64,000 bases of DNA, from positions 704,001 through 768,000 of the forward strand of contig CAXXYE010000009.1 in the NCBI GenBank assembly GCA_963674865.2, in the 5' to 3' direction. How positions within the stretch are numbered: the first letter of the stretch is position 1; every line of letters starts with the position of its first letter. This document shows positions 1-10,480 of this stretch, one piece after another. The translations under genes and the position numbers were made by a program. This DNA is from Candidatus Hydrogenedentota bacterium. GTDB taxonomy: Bacteria > Hydrogenedentota > Hydrogenedentia > Hydrogenedentales > SLHB01. Below the pieces are notes generated by a model. That model was not told the DNA's origin and made no database searches. It worked only from the letters and a program-made list of their open reading frames with translations.

Positions 1-2727
1 CGGATCGTGCTGGCTCCTGAGGCAGAAGCCGTGGGCCGCGTGCTCGAGGCGGATTCTAGAGCGCCGGTCGAAGGGATCGAGGTGAAACTCAGGTCGCCAC
101 GGCAATGCGATAACGCCGAAACGACCACCAACCAGCAGGGCGAGTTTCGCTTCGGCAGTCTCGGGAATGGCGCATACGCCTTGCATCTGCAAGATGATTT
201 CTGGGCGCCCATTGGTGGGCTTCGGGAGTTCACGTTGCGGAACGGCAGGTCGATCGGGGGCCTCGACTTGCGGGTGTGCAAGGGCGCCGTCGTATCAGGC
301 CGCGTCTATGATGCCGATACAGGGGAGGGCGTGGCGGGGATACGAGTGATGCTGTTCAGCACGGAGGCGGCATGCTATCGGCAAGGATGGACAGACGCTG
401 ACGGCTACTACCGGGTCGCGGGTCTGGCCGAGGGCGCTTACCAGGTAAGGCGTGATCGGTTCGTCAAGGGATATCCGTTCCCCGAAGAGAAGTGGGAGCC
501 GGAACTGTCCGTCATATTCGGCCAGGAGGTCACAGGCTACGACATCTTGATGTCGAAGGGGCTGTCGATCTCGGGCAAGATCGTCGACGGCCAAGGAGTC
601 CCGCTGGGTGGCGTGCAACTGCGCACGTTCGTGACGCAGGAGCGACATCAGTACGAGCATTCCGAGCCCGACGGCTCGTTTACGTTGACGGGGTACCGTC
701 CGGGCGACGAGGTCGTGATCCACGCCGAACACGGTGGCTATGCGACCCTTGCCCACGGGCCCATCGACATGGCCGAGGATAACGTCGAGAACGTTGTGAT
801 CACGATGGAGCCAGCCGCGGCTGTCGAGGGAATTGTCGTGGATGGGCAGGGTCGTCCAATACCTTATGTCCGCCTCTTCCCGCTCCCGCAATTCGAGACG
901 ATGGCGCTCCCATCGATGACGACGACGGGATATGACGGCTCGTTCGTCTGTGACAAGCTCCCGTCAGGCCGCTATGAGATCCATGTTGAGGCCAAAGACA
1001 AGAGCGAGCCAATGCCCACGGGACTAGTGATTGAACTCGCAGGCGGCCAGCGGATAAGCGGCCTGCGAGTCGTCTACAGCAAGGAGGACGGCCACGCGGA
1101 AGGTGGGTGGAGCATATCGGGGCGCGTTACGGACATCAACGGCCACCCGCTGCCCGCCGCATCCATCGCTGCGCGCGGTGGCGGCTCGGGGCTCGCGATA
1201 CGAGTCGAGACTGACGAAGATGGGTACTATGTGCTTAGCGGCCTTGACTACGTCACCTACCGAGTTACCGCGACTTCTGACGGAGAACGGGCCAGCGCGG
1301 AAGTGTCTGCGGGAAGCGAAGGCGTTGACTTCGTCATTGACACCACGGGCCTCAGGGACGGTGAGATCGATGGCCGCGTGTTGCGGGCGGATACGCACGG
1401 GCCCGTTGCCGATTTTGAGGTCAAATGCATCTCGTGGGATGACGAGAAAGACGGGGCTTTCGTGAGGGTTCACAATGACGAAGGCCGCTTCCGGCTACGA
1501 CAGGTAGGCGCCGGAGAGAGAGCAGTGTTTGTCAAAGCGCCAGGTTTTGTCGCCTGGCAATGGATGATAACCGTGAAGCCTTTGGAGGAAGGCCCGACTG
1601 AGATTCTCGTTGAACTGGAGCCCGCAGCCACGATCTCAGGAACCGTGGTTGACGTTCGCGGGGCCCCTGTCACAGGTGCATCTGTGTTCTTGGCAGCCGT
1701 TCCTACGAGCGGGAAACGGGCCAGCCCCGCAGCCAGGAGCAATGCGGAGGGCGCGTTCCGACTGGAACAGGTCAATCCGCGCGGCCAGTTGATTTCGATC
1801 ACGCACGAAGACCACGCGCCGTACACAGGCTTTGTGGCGCCGCCGCGCCGGGAATCCCAAATCTGCTTCACACTGGCCAAGGGTGGTACGGTCGAGGGTG
1901 TTGTGCGTTACGCGGGCCGGCCCGCAGGCAACAGCTTTTTATGGGTCCACGCGCCGAATCTCGGTATCGGCGGAATGTTCAGCGGCCAAGCCGATGCTAA
2001 AGGCATGTACAAGATCGACGGGGTCCCGGAAGGGCCCGTCCGAGTTGGGGCGCGGTTGGCAAACGATCACGCGGGCCTCGACACGAATACCTTCCATCAG
2101 AGCCGCGACGCTCTCGTCGCCGACGCGCGCGTGACGCGCGTGGACTTCGAGTTTGAGCCGCCTACCGCCTCGCTCGAAGGAACGGTGACGGCGGATGGAC
2201 GCCCGGCCGACGCACGCGTGCGTTTGTACGTCGACACGCTGGGAGGCGAGCTACAGATGGCTACCACGGCGGACCTCGCCGGGAACTACCGCTTCGACGC
2301 GGTGCCCGCCGGAAGAAGCACGCTCAACGTTTCGAAGGAAGGCCGTGCAACAGTTGTCCCGGTATTAATCGCTGAGGGCGAGGCCGTTCACCAGGATATC
2401 GACCTCAAGGGCGCCTGCGCCCTATCCGTGCGCGTGACAGGGGTGCGTGCCGAGGAATGCGTGCGGGTGGAGGTATATGCTGGGGACGTCGGCCCTGTTG
2501 CGGATCGTGCTGCGACTGAGTCGTTGTACAGGTTCCATTGCGGCGGCGCGTGGCGCGAGGAAGACGGATTCTATCGAGTGAGCGGCCTCTGCCCTGGCGT
2601 TTACACAGTCGCCGTTCTGGCCACCCCCACGTCCGATGCAAACGTCTGGGTGAACGGCAGGAGCGCCTTGGCGCTCGTCGAAGTAACGCACGCCCCTGAG
2701 ACCGTGGTAAGACTGGTCTTGAAATGA
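1..2727 (+). CDS. Carboxypeptidase-regulatory-like (Ig/transthyretin-fold) multi-repeat protein, 5'-truncated by the window edge
   Basis: Frame is open from base 1. Repeated motif 'SGRVxDxxGxPxxGAxV...TDADGxYRxxGLxxGxY' (SGRVYDADTGEGVAG, SGKIVDGQGVPLGG, SGRVTDINGHPLPAA, SGTVVDVRGAPVTGA). Confidence 0.85.
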   Translation, partial: RIVLAPEAEAVGRVLEADSRAPVEGIEVKLRSPRQCDNAETTTNQQGEFRFGSLGNGAYALHLQDDFWAPIGGLREFTLRNGRSIGGLDLRVCKGAVVSGRVYDADTGEGVAGIRVMLFSTEAACYRQGWTDADGYYRVAGLAEGAYQVRRDRFVKGYPFPEEKWEPELSVIFGQEVTGYDILMSKGLSISGKIVDGQGVPLGGVQLRTFVTQERHQYEHSEPDGSFTLTGYRPGDEVVIHAEHGGYATLAHGPIDMAEDNVENVVITMEPAAAVEGIVVDGQGRPIPYVRLFPLPQFETMALPSMTTTGYDGSFVCDKLPSGRYEIHVEAKDKSEPMPTGLVIELAGGQRISGLRVVYSKEDGHAEGGWSISGRVTDINGHPLPAASIAARGGGSGLAIRVETDEDGYYVLSGLDYVTYRVTATSDGERASAEVSAGSEGVDFVIDTTGLRDGEIDGRVLRADTHGPVADFEVKCISWDDEKDGAFVRVHNDEGRFRLRQVGAGERAVFVKAPGFVAWQWMITVKPLEEGPTEILVELEPAATISGTVVDVRGAPVTGASVFLAAVPTSGKRASPAARSNAEGAFRLEQVNPRGQLISITHEDHAPYTGFVAPPRRESQICFTLAKGGTVEGVVRYAGRPAGNSFLWVHAPNLGIGGMFSGQADAKGMYKIDGVPEGPVRVGARLANDHAGLDTNTFHQSRDALVADARVTRVDFEFEPPTASLEGTVTADGRPADARVRLYVDTLGGELQMATTADLAGNYRFDAVPAGRSTLNVSKEGRATVVPVLIAEGEAVHQDIDLKGACALSVRVTGVRAEECVRVEVYAGDVGPVADRAATESLYRFHCGGAWREEDGFYRVSGLCPGVYTVAVLATPTSDANVWVNGRSALALVEVTHAPETVVRLVLK

Positions 2728-2961
2728 TGCCGGCGGGCCTGTCCGAAGCCGGCCATGGTTGCACCAGGGCCGCCGCAGTGCGACGATGAAGCTCGCCGTT
2801 TAGCCCGAATGCTGTAGCCAAAGCCTCCTGCTATGAAGCGTGGCTCAGGCGTACGTGCCGCACTTGGCCGTAAGCCACCGTGCGCTCCTTGAGCCTTGGA
2901 GGTCCCACGGTAATCGTGCTCGTAACGGGCCGGCGGGGGAATAGTTGAGACAAGACACGCC

Positions 2962-3738
2962 CTAGCCAAGGCCTGTAACAGTCAACCATGTTTTCGCCAT
3001 CAAGGCGTGGCCAGCGGTTGTGGGATGGACGCCGTCGCCCGCCCAATATGCCGAGGGCGTCGCGTCGGTAACGGCCTCATCGAACATCGTTTGGAACGGC
3101 ACCCACGTAGCGGCCGCGTTTTCAGCAACACGTCTGGCTGCTGCGCGCCGCTCGTCGAATTCGGGGAACCAGTTATCGTTGACGGCCCCGCAGCGCAGCA
3201 CGAAAGGTTCGCAAACCACAAGCAATGTCTGTGGAAGAGCCGCGCGCGTGTCGGCAAGTAGACTCGCGAATTGCCGCTCGTAGTCCGCCACGGTTCCCGA
3301 ATACCTGCCCGCCAGCTTGTGCCATAGGTCATTCACACCAATAAGAATGCTCAAAACCGCCGGTTTCAAGTCGATCGCGTCTGTCTGCCACCGGGCTTCC
3401 AGATCGGGAACCTTGTGGCCGCTGATGCCGCGGTTGTAACACTGAAGGCGTAGGCTTGCATGAGCACCCAAGAGGCCCATCGCGATCATGTTCGCATAGC
3501 CCCGGCCCAAGGCGTTGAAATCGTTGGGCGCGGCGACATCCCTGGCTCGGCCGGCGTCAGTGATCGAGTCCCCCTGGAAGAGAACTACGTCGTCCTGGAC
3601 AAGGCGATGCCGAGTCGATGCGCTGGTTGTGGCGGTTTGTGTCACACACCCTGAGATAACAGAGGCGCCCGCGACGGCCACGGCACCCTCTATAAGGCCG
3701 CGACGCGTGCAGGTTCGAGTACGCTTGGTACAACTCAT
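2962..3738 (-). CDS. SGNH/GDSL hydrolase, probable Tat-exported lipoprotein
   Basis: FQGDSITD, NRGISG, GVND and DGVHP blocks. Start re-assigned to ATG 3738 after RBS AAAGGAG; N-terminus TRRGLIEGAVAVAGASVISGC has a twin-Arg motif and a lipobox. Confidence 0.9.
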   Translation of the reverse strand: MSCTKRTRTCTRRGLIEGAVAVAGASVISGCVTQTATTSASTRHRLVQDDVVLFQGDSITDAGRARDVAAPNDFNALGRGYANMIAMGLLGAHASLRLQCYNRGISGHKVPDLEARWQTDAIDLKPAVLSILIGVNDLWHKLAGRYSGTVADYERQFASLLADTRAALPQTLLVVCEPFVLRCGAVNDNWFPEFDERRAAARRVAENAAATWVPFQTMFDEAVTDATPSAYWAGDGVHPTTAGHALMAKTWLTVTGLG

Positions 3739-3821
3739 CCTGAATTCTCCTTTGAAATAGATACCTCTAGCATTTCTTAGGCTCGCGACCTCGTGGTCGT
3801 GAGGATTCTCCTGCGGCGCTA

Positions 3822-4730
3822 CTAGCGCTTTTCGAGCAGGCCGAGGCCGCGCATCCAATCGATACAGAGTCTAGGCCAAGTACTTGTGGATTGTCCGGGC
3901 CGGCCTGCGCCAAAGCCGTGGCCGCCTGCGTGGTAGATGTGCATGGCTACGGGAACGCCATGAGCGCGCAAGGCCTCGTAATAGAGCAGGCTGCTCTTGA
4001 CGGGCACGGCGACGTCGTCGGTGGCGTGTACGAGAAAGGCGGGCGGCGTATCCTCGTCGACACATCGATCATTCGAGAAGCGCTCGTGCAGTTCTTCGGT
4101 TATCCCGGGGCCAAAGAGATTCCCAAATGAGCCGGGGTGCCCGCTTTCAGGCCGGCCGGTGATCACGGGATAGGCCAGAATTGTGAAGTCGGGCCGACAA
4201 CTTATGTCTTTCAAATCGTCTTTGCCGGAAGCAAAGTCTTCTTTATAGTGCGTGCTGGCGGTAGAGGCCAAGTGTCCGCCGGCAGAGAATCCCAGGACAC
4301 CGATCCTGTGGGGGCTGATGTCCCATTCGGCTGCATGACTGCGGACAATGCGCATGGCGCGTTGGGCATCTTGGAAAGATGTCTGGTAGTGGTGGTTCGG
4401 CATACGGTATTTCACCACAATGGCCGTGATTCCTTCGGCGGTGAGCCATTTCACCTGATTGCGGCCTTCATTGTACGTACTGACGAACGAGTAGCCGCCA
4501 CCGGGGAAAACCACCACGGCGGTGTCAGTAGCCTTCTCCTTGGGCGGAAAATGAACGCTCATGGTGGGGTCGGAGATATTGCCCACCCTCCCATCGTCGA
4601 AGGTCTCAGGCCCCGTCAGTCCGTTGTTGTCCGGTGGCCCGTCCGGCCACAGTCTCAACGTCAACGGCTCGTCAGCTCCGCACACGCCGGTTGCCAGTAA
4701 AATGTTCAACAAGCAAGCTCCAAGTCTCAT
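3822..4730 (-). CDS. Alpha/beta hydrolase (BD-FAE / acetyl-xylan esterase-like), secreted
   Basis: FPGGGY oxyanion motif, GFSAGGH nucleophile elbow, DD..VP and GGHGFG catalytic Asp/His. Signal peptide MRLGACLLNILLATGVCGA; start uncertain (4730 vs 4775). Confidence 0.88.
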   Translation of the reverse strand: MRLGACLLNILLATGVCGADEPLTLRLWPDGPPDNNGLTGPETFDDGRVGNISDPTMSVHFPPKEKATDTAVVVFPGGGYSFVSTYNEGRNQVKWLTAEGITAIVVKYRMPNHHYQTSFQDAQRAMRIVRSHAAEWDISPHRIGVLGFSAGGHLASTASTHYKEDFASGKDDLKDISCRPDFTILAYPVITGRPESGHPGSFGNLFGPGITEELHERFSNDRCVDEDTPPAFLVHATDDVAVPVKSSLLYYEALRAHGVPVAMHIYHAGGHGFGAGRPGQSTSTWPRLCIDWMRGLGLLEKR

Positions 4731-5099
4731 GATAATTCCATCAATGTGCTGTTCCGATAGTTTCCTTAGCTCCAATTGTCCTCATGAAGATGTGGGGATT
4801 CAACTGAGCGATTCCGGCCATGGCGGCACGAACAGGAGACGCATCGGCAAATGATAGTGGCGCATGAAGCATGATCAAGTCCGGCTGAGGACGACGGTTG
4901 AGGATTTGCCCTTGGCGCCGGGCGAGAAAGGGTGTGGACTTCGTGACTGCGAATCGACCTCATACTGGTGTCGGCATAATGGCCTTCCCCTGCCTTTGTT
5001 CGTCGATATTCGATGTCGCTTCACGGGTGGCGAGGCAAGCAAGGGGCGCGTTCTTGGATCTGGGCGGCTGTTCATATCGCATGAGTCTGCGAAGAAGAC

Positions 5100-5110
5100 G
5101 GGGGGGGGGG
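5100..5110 (+). repeat. Poly-G homopolymer (11 G)
   Basis: Directly visible: gaagaagac-ggggggggggg-ctact in the intergenic region upstream of the TIR-STAND gene. Confidence 0.9.
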
Positions 5111-5471
5111 CTACTCGGCGCACTATGCACCGAGCACCACGCCAAGCACTTGTATGGCCTTGACTCCACGCGAGAGGCTCCCGTAGAGTCTGCGAAGCTG
5201 GATAGAGGCTTGCAGGCCGGACTCAATGGGGCGACAATGTTGCGAATCGACACTCGATCTCCATGCAGTACCTGGTGTAAGTGCTCACGCGACCGTCCAT
5301 CACAACAGCGATCCCTAGATGTATCCAAGCACGACGAGCTTGTCCAGACAGGCTCTGTGAGGTCTTCGCCGGGGGCGTAGGCGGGACTGCCGGCGTCCAT
5401 AGGCAACACCTTGATAAACCGGCGACTGTACGGACGATGGTTGTATGCTGTTTGAATCAAAGGGAGTAAAC

Positions 5472-8400
5472 GTGAGCCAGCGGATCTTTCTCAGCTACGA
5501 ATCACAAGACAAGGAAGCAGCGACACGACTATGTGATGCATTGGAGGCTAGGGGGCATGCGTGCTGGATTGCTCCAAGAAACGTGTCGGCGGGCTCGAAC
5601 TACGGGGAGGCGATCCTCGATGCTATAGAAGACTCCGCCGGTATGATTGTTGTCTTGTCCCGAGGCAGCAATGCGTCGCCGCACGTGGCCAATGAGGTGG
5701 AGAGAGCCTTTCACCACAACAAGCCAATCTATCCTGTCCGCATTGAGTCTGTGGAGCCGTCGAGAGCTCTCGAGTATTTCCTCAGTCGTAAGCAATGGAC
5801 TGACGCTTTCGGTGGCCATTGGGACGCGGGCATGGCGGCGCTGGATATTGCGCTCCAGGCGGGCAAACCAGGGGAAGAATTCGCCGAACGCCGCAATATG
5901 GTGGGCCGGGACGCGGAGGCACAGCACCTGGAACGGCTGGCCCGGAGGTTGGTTGAGTCCCAGCGCGGCTGTGTCGTCGTTATCCGGGGCGCCGCAGGCA
6001 TCGGGAAAAGCAGGCTGTTGGAATGGTACGCCAATGAACTTGCACCGAAGGTCGGCCTACAGGTGCTTTGGGGGCGCCACACGTATCTGGATGCGGCTTG
6101 GGAGGGCATTCGCAACGTGCTGGAAGATCTGTTCGATGGGGCCGACCTATCGCGGGAGGCTCTCGTCGAGCGCGTTACGGCCTCACTGGAGAATAGCGAA
6201 GACGCACGGGAAGAGGCCGCTATACTCACCGAAGTCATTCGCCCAAAGGCCGATAGCGACGGCGGCATCGCTGGCGAACAACGTGTACTGGAGGTCGTCG
6301 AGCGGACGCTGACTCAGGCATCCCGCCGCAGGCCGCTGGCCGTACTGCTCGAAGACATCCACTTGGCCGATTCGCAGTCCTTGAAACTTCTGGAGCACCT
6401 AGCCGCTTCTTTGGAACGCCGGCCGAGGCCGCTCGTGGTGCTCGCCACAATTCGCAATGAAGAAGCCGATGATCATCCTGCCCTTATGCTGACGCTTCGC
6501 GCACTGCACCGGTATGGCGGCAAGAGCTATGAGTCCATCAACTTGGATGCGCTGGATGTGAACTGCTCTCGGGACCTCATCGAGCAGGTGCTTCCGGGTG
6601 GGCTTGTGCCGCCGGACGAACTTATCCGATACGCCGGGGGACGGCCTCTATTCCTGCTTGAGATGCTCAAGCATCTGCGGCGCAAGGGGCTCGTGTCGGA
6701 ATCAGGCGGTGCATGGGCACTCAATCCAGGCGTGGAATTGTCGCAGGAAGTCCCAGAGGACTTGCCGGGATGGTCGAAGAGCGAATTGAAAGCTTGTTGC
6801 TTGAACACCCCGAGGTAGAGCCGATCCTGAGATACGCCGCCTTCATCGGGGAGGAATTTCCCCTAGCTCTGCTGGAAGAGGTCCTTGCTGTCGCGAAAGA
6901 ATCAACCGATGTAGAGGCGCTAAATGACGCTCTTCTGGCCTTTGAGGGCGCCGATCTGCTTCAGACTCGCGCCGAGGGTTCCAGACTGCTCATTCGTTTC
7001 ACCCACAATCTCATCTACAACGCCCTCACCGAGCACATGATACGCCGCCTCGGGGGGCCTTTGCGCACCGCAAGAGCGCACGGGATGGTGGCCCAAGCCA
7101 AGGAACACTATTACAAAGAAGACATCGAGTCAGTGGCCTTTGAACTCTCCGAGCATTACGCCAAAGCGCGGAATGCCGAGAAGGCGCTGGCATACGCGGC
7201 CCTATCGGGGTGGGTGGCGGTTAGTGCTCGCTGCTATCCCGAAGCGGTGCGAGTGTTCTCGAGGGCCGCCACTCTCCGCCAAGCCGATGCGGACGCCCTG
7301 GCACTCGAGATAGCGAACCTGAATGCGGATAGCCCCCGGGATTTCACAGAGGGCTTCAGGATGGTCTTGGCCAAGTGTCTTATGGGAACGCTCAACGCGA
7401 AGAGCGCTTCATGCGATCTGTTGGATGTCGTTCTCAAGGATCTGGCCAGCACCCATGGCCCCAAAGGGCTTGCATTAGCATCAAAGCCAAGCGATATCTG
7501 CATCGATTTCTTCAATTACCTACTTCAAGACGAACCGCGGGATGTTTATTGGCGGTGCATCAAGACACTCGTCCTTTTCGCGGCAGAGCTCGGACGAGAT
7601 AATGAAGACGTGTTGAGGCGTGCCCGTCTCCTCGACTTCCTGGGATTTATCGCAGAAACAACGCAGCGCTTGACCCGTACAGACAGAAACGCTGCTGCGT
7701 ATGCCGGCAAGGCTGCGGACTTGTACAGCGAGTATCTGTCGCGCGCTGCGGTTGAGCCGCGTGAAACTCTCCCGATTATTGAGCCGGCATCCTGGTGCTA
7801 TTACCGGGCCAGACGCCATGTGGAAGCGGAATCGTTTCTACGTAGGGAGTTGGAAGTACTTACAGAACTTGAGGTGGAATCCGAGGACGTTCTGGCCGCA
7901 ATGAAGGCGGCCGCGTACCACATGCTTGGGCTCAATGCACTTGCCCATGCAGACGCCAGCGGCGGCGAGTATCGCCATGTGCTTTCTGAGGCGGCGGAGC
8001 ATTTCCTGACGGCGGGCGAGGAAATGCGGCGCTTGAATACACGCAGTTGGTTTGCTCGATGGATGGAGGCACTTGCTGAAGACATACAGAAACAGAGGCC
8101 CTGCCGCGTTGAAATGCCCGTGCTCCGAGAACCTGGGGACGTCTTGCTGATACACAATCATCATGACGCAGCGGCGGCGGACCTTGTCCGCAACATTCTG
8201 GAAGAGAGGGGCTTCTATTGTGTTTCGAGCGGGCCTGACAGAGCTTGGGATCCCTTACTTCTTGAGCGAGAGTATCAGGCGGTAGTTCTTTTCGGATCGC
8301 ATATGGCGCCTGGAATGGAGGGCTTTTCGTATCTCTTCCGCGGCGAGAAAGACACTTGGCACCTGGACGGACACCTCGGCGAGTGCACCAACTTCGGCTC

Positions 8401-8515
8401 GTGGTGGCAACGAGGGCCATTCCACAAGGGCGCGAATTGGTTTCTCGCTGCCGGCACCACGCGAAATGATACCATTCTTGCGGCAGCCAAGCTTGCGAGA
8501 GAATGGCCTCTATGA
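5472..8515 (+). CDS. TIR - STAND/AAA ATPase - TPR-like protein (~1014 aa if repaired), split by a 1-bp frameshift at ~6760
   Basis: GTG 5472 after RBS AGGGAG. TIR: IFLSYESQD...CWIAPRNV...SPHVANEVERA, with the catalytic-position Glu. ATPase: MVGRDAE, Walker A GAAGIGKS, Walker B LLEDIHLAD, GGRPLFLLE. ORF 6713-8515 continues with AGMVEERIESL...ILRYAAFIGEEF...IRFTHNLIY, the winged-helix region typical of this family. Restoring one C at GAC(C)TT joins the two frames. Confidence 0.85.
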
Positions 8516-8733
8516 TTCACTGCTGCCATGAGATCGCGCGGAGTTCTCCTTGTTTTTTGGCTCACGATATGAACGCCACACGAGAGTTTGCAGAGCAACA
8601 ACGCCATAGGTGTTGATTTGCCTATGTTTCGGTGAAGAGGAAGCGGCATTCCACGCCTAACTTCGTAGGAAACAAAACTGTGGGGGCATCGCAGATGAAG
8701 GGCCCAAGCACTGCACCGCGACTGGCCATATTA

Positions 8734-10467
8734 ATGCTATGTAAGATCTGGAAGGAACACCGGCGTTGGGCTTTTCTCTTCGCCTCATGGTTTGCGACAG
8801 TACTCATCGGCATCTTCGGCTTCTATCAGTATTTCATCCAGAACGGCGGGACTTCGCCGCGCTTCCTGTCGCTGCTGTATTTCTCGTTGCAGTTGTTCAC
8901 CTTGGAGTCCGGAGGACTTGAGGACAGCGTCCCGCTCACATTGCAGGTTGCGCGCTTCGTCGCTCCCGCCATTCCGCTCTGGGCCATCGTAGAGGTCTTT
9001 CTCGGGGTGTTCCGGAACGATCTGCGGGCTCTTCGCTTGCGGCTGCTTCGCGGCCATATCATTGTATGTGGTGACACGCGGGAGGCGGGGGCATTGCTGG
9101 AAAATGCCTGCGCAGACGGCGCGAACGTCGTTTCACTGTCGACGACGGGGAAGGCCGGCGGCTCCTTGACGGAACAGTGCGATAACGCCTGGCACGTTGT
9201 GGGCGATCCCGAAAGCCTAAGCGCCTTGCAGGAAGCGGGAGTGGCCTTTTCGAATGAGGTCTATATCCTGGGCGACAAAGATGACGCGAACATCCGCACG
9301 GCCCTCAGGATCGACGAGCTACGCGCCACCATGGCCCGGCATCCGATGCTTGCTTCTCGCATTGTCTTGCAGGTGCAAGACCTGGCCTTGCTTGAGATGG
9401 TAACGCACAACCGGGTCCTGGGCAGACAAGGCGGCACACGAGCTTGGCACGTGACGAACCTACACCAGACTGCGGCCCGTCAGCTCTTTCTAAACAATCC
9501 TCTTGACTACGAGCCTATCGGCGCCGAGGATCCTCGACGCGTCCACCTTATCCTCGTTGGTTTTGATGCCGTAGGTAGGCACGTAGCGATCCAGGCAGCC
9601 AAGGTGGGCCATTTTGCCAATGGGAAAAAGCTGCGCATCACCGTCCTTGACCTGGACGCGGCCCGCAAGACCGCGGAGTTCCTTGCGGAGCACGATGCCA
9701 TCTCCCAAGTCTGCGACTTCGAAGTCTTTGAGGAAAGTCCCGCGTTCACTCGGGAGCTTGAGCGCATACGCGAGTGGACACGGGACCCCTCAACGCTGTC
9801 GTCACTTGTCGTTGCCCTGGAGGACGATTGGGATTGTGTCAAGTGCGCCATTCGCAACATTCTCAACATCAGCGATCTTCGCTCGCCTGTTTACGTCCGC
9901 CTCCAGCACCGGACGCAACTGGCGCGCCTTGTCACGGAGTGCCGGCAGGACAAGGAGCTTAGGCCAACGGTGCTGCCATTCGGATCTCTCCGAGCAATAT
10001 GCACTCGTGAGGCCATCCTTGACGAGCCCATGGATCGCCTCGCAAAGATGATCCACCAGGCCTATGTCCGGGAACGCCGCAAAGAAGACATCTCTCCCGA
10101 GGACCCCTCGCTTCAGAGCTGGGATCAACTGCATCCGAGCAAGCAGGAGGCCAATAGGCAACAGGCCGACCACCTCGGCGTCAAACTCCGCGCCGTCGGA
10201 CGCATGGAAGGCACGGCGCTGCCCCAGGCCATCGCTCCCTTCACCGATGAGGAAATCAACGTCCTCGCCAAAATGGAACACCGCCGATGGGTGGCCGAGC
10301 GCATCTTGAGCGGCTGGCGCTATGACGAGCAGAAGAACGAGAACCGCAAACTGTCGCCCCATCTCGTCGAGTGGGAAGACCTCGATGACGCTATCCGTGA
10401 GTACGATCGGGACGCGGTGCGCGAGATACCTGGACTTCTGAAGAAACTCAGCGCACTGCACGCCTGA
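8734..10467 (+). CDS. Channel-like membrane protein: 2 TM + pore-like segment, two TrkA/RCK-like Rossmann domains, C-terminal tandem RyR (ryanodine receptor repeat) domain
   Basis: TM1 WAFLFASWFATVLIGIFGF, pore-like LYFSLQLFTLE, TM2 ARFVAPAIPLWAIVEVFL. RCK-like GHIIVCGD...VGDPE...ALQEAGV and VHLILVGFDAVG. RyR motifs LAKMIHQAY...WDQL...NRQQADH and LAKMEHRRWVAERILSGWRY...SPHLVEWEDL...REYDR. Start uncertain (8632-8734). Confidence 0.8.
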   Translation: MLCKIWKEHRRWAFLFASWFATVLIGIFGFYQYFIQNGGTSPRFLSLLYFSLQLFTLESGGLEDSVPLTLQVARFVAPAIPLWAIVEVFLGVFRNDLRALRLRLLRGHIIVCGDTREAGALLENACADGANVVSLSTTGKAGGSLTEQCDNAWHVVGDPESLSALQEAGVAFSNEVYILGDKDDANIRTALRIDELRATMARHPMLASRIVLQVQDLALLEMVTHNRVLGRQGGTRAWHVTNLHQTAARQLFLNNPLDYEPIGAEDPRRVHLILVGFDAVGRHVAIQAAKVGHFANGKKLRITVLDLDAARKTAEFLAEHDAISQVCDFEVFEESPAFTRELERIREWTRDPSTLSSLVVALEDDWDCVKCAIRNILNISDLRSPVYVRLQHRTQLARLVTECRQDKELRPTVLPFGSLRAICTREAILDEPMDRLAKMIHQAYVRERRKEDISPEDPSLQSWDQLHPSKQEANRQQADHLGVKLRAVGRMEGTALPQAIAPFTDEEINVLAKMEHRRWVAERILSGWRYDEQKNENRKLSPHLVEWEDLDDAIREYDRDAVREIPGLLKKLSALHA

Positions 10468-10480
10468 GCTGACGAGATAG

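Noticed and set aside
2841..2895. Imperfect long hairpin between convergent genes
   Set aside because: No U-tract and no second copy seen; cannot be called a terminator or repeat with confidence.
4864..5469. Several short overlapping ORFs upstream of the TIR gene
   Set aside because: No RBS or motif support, and mutually overlapping on both strands.
6713..8515. 600-aa ORF as an independent gene
   Set aside because: Its first ~15 residues are off-frame noise and it begins mid-STAND module; better explained as the frameshifted continuation of the TIR-ATPase.
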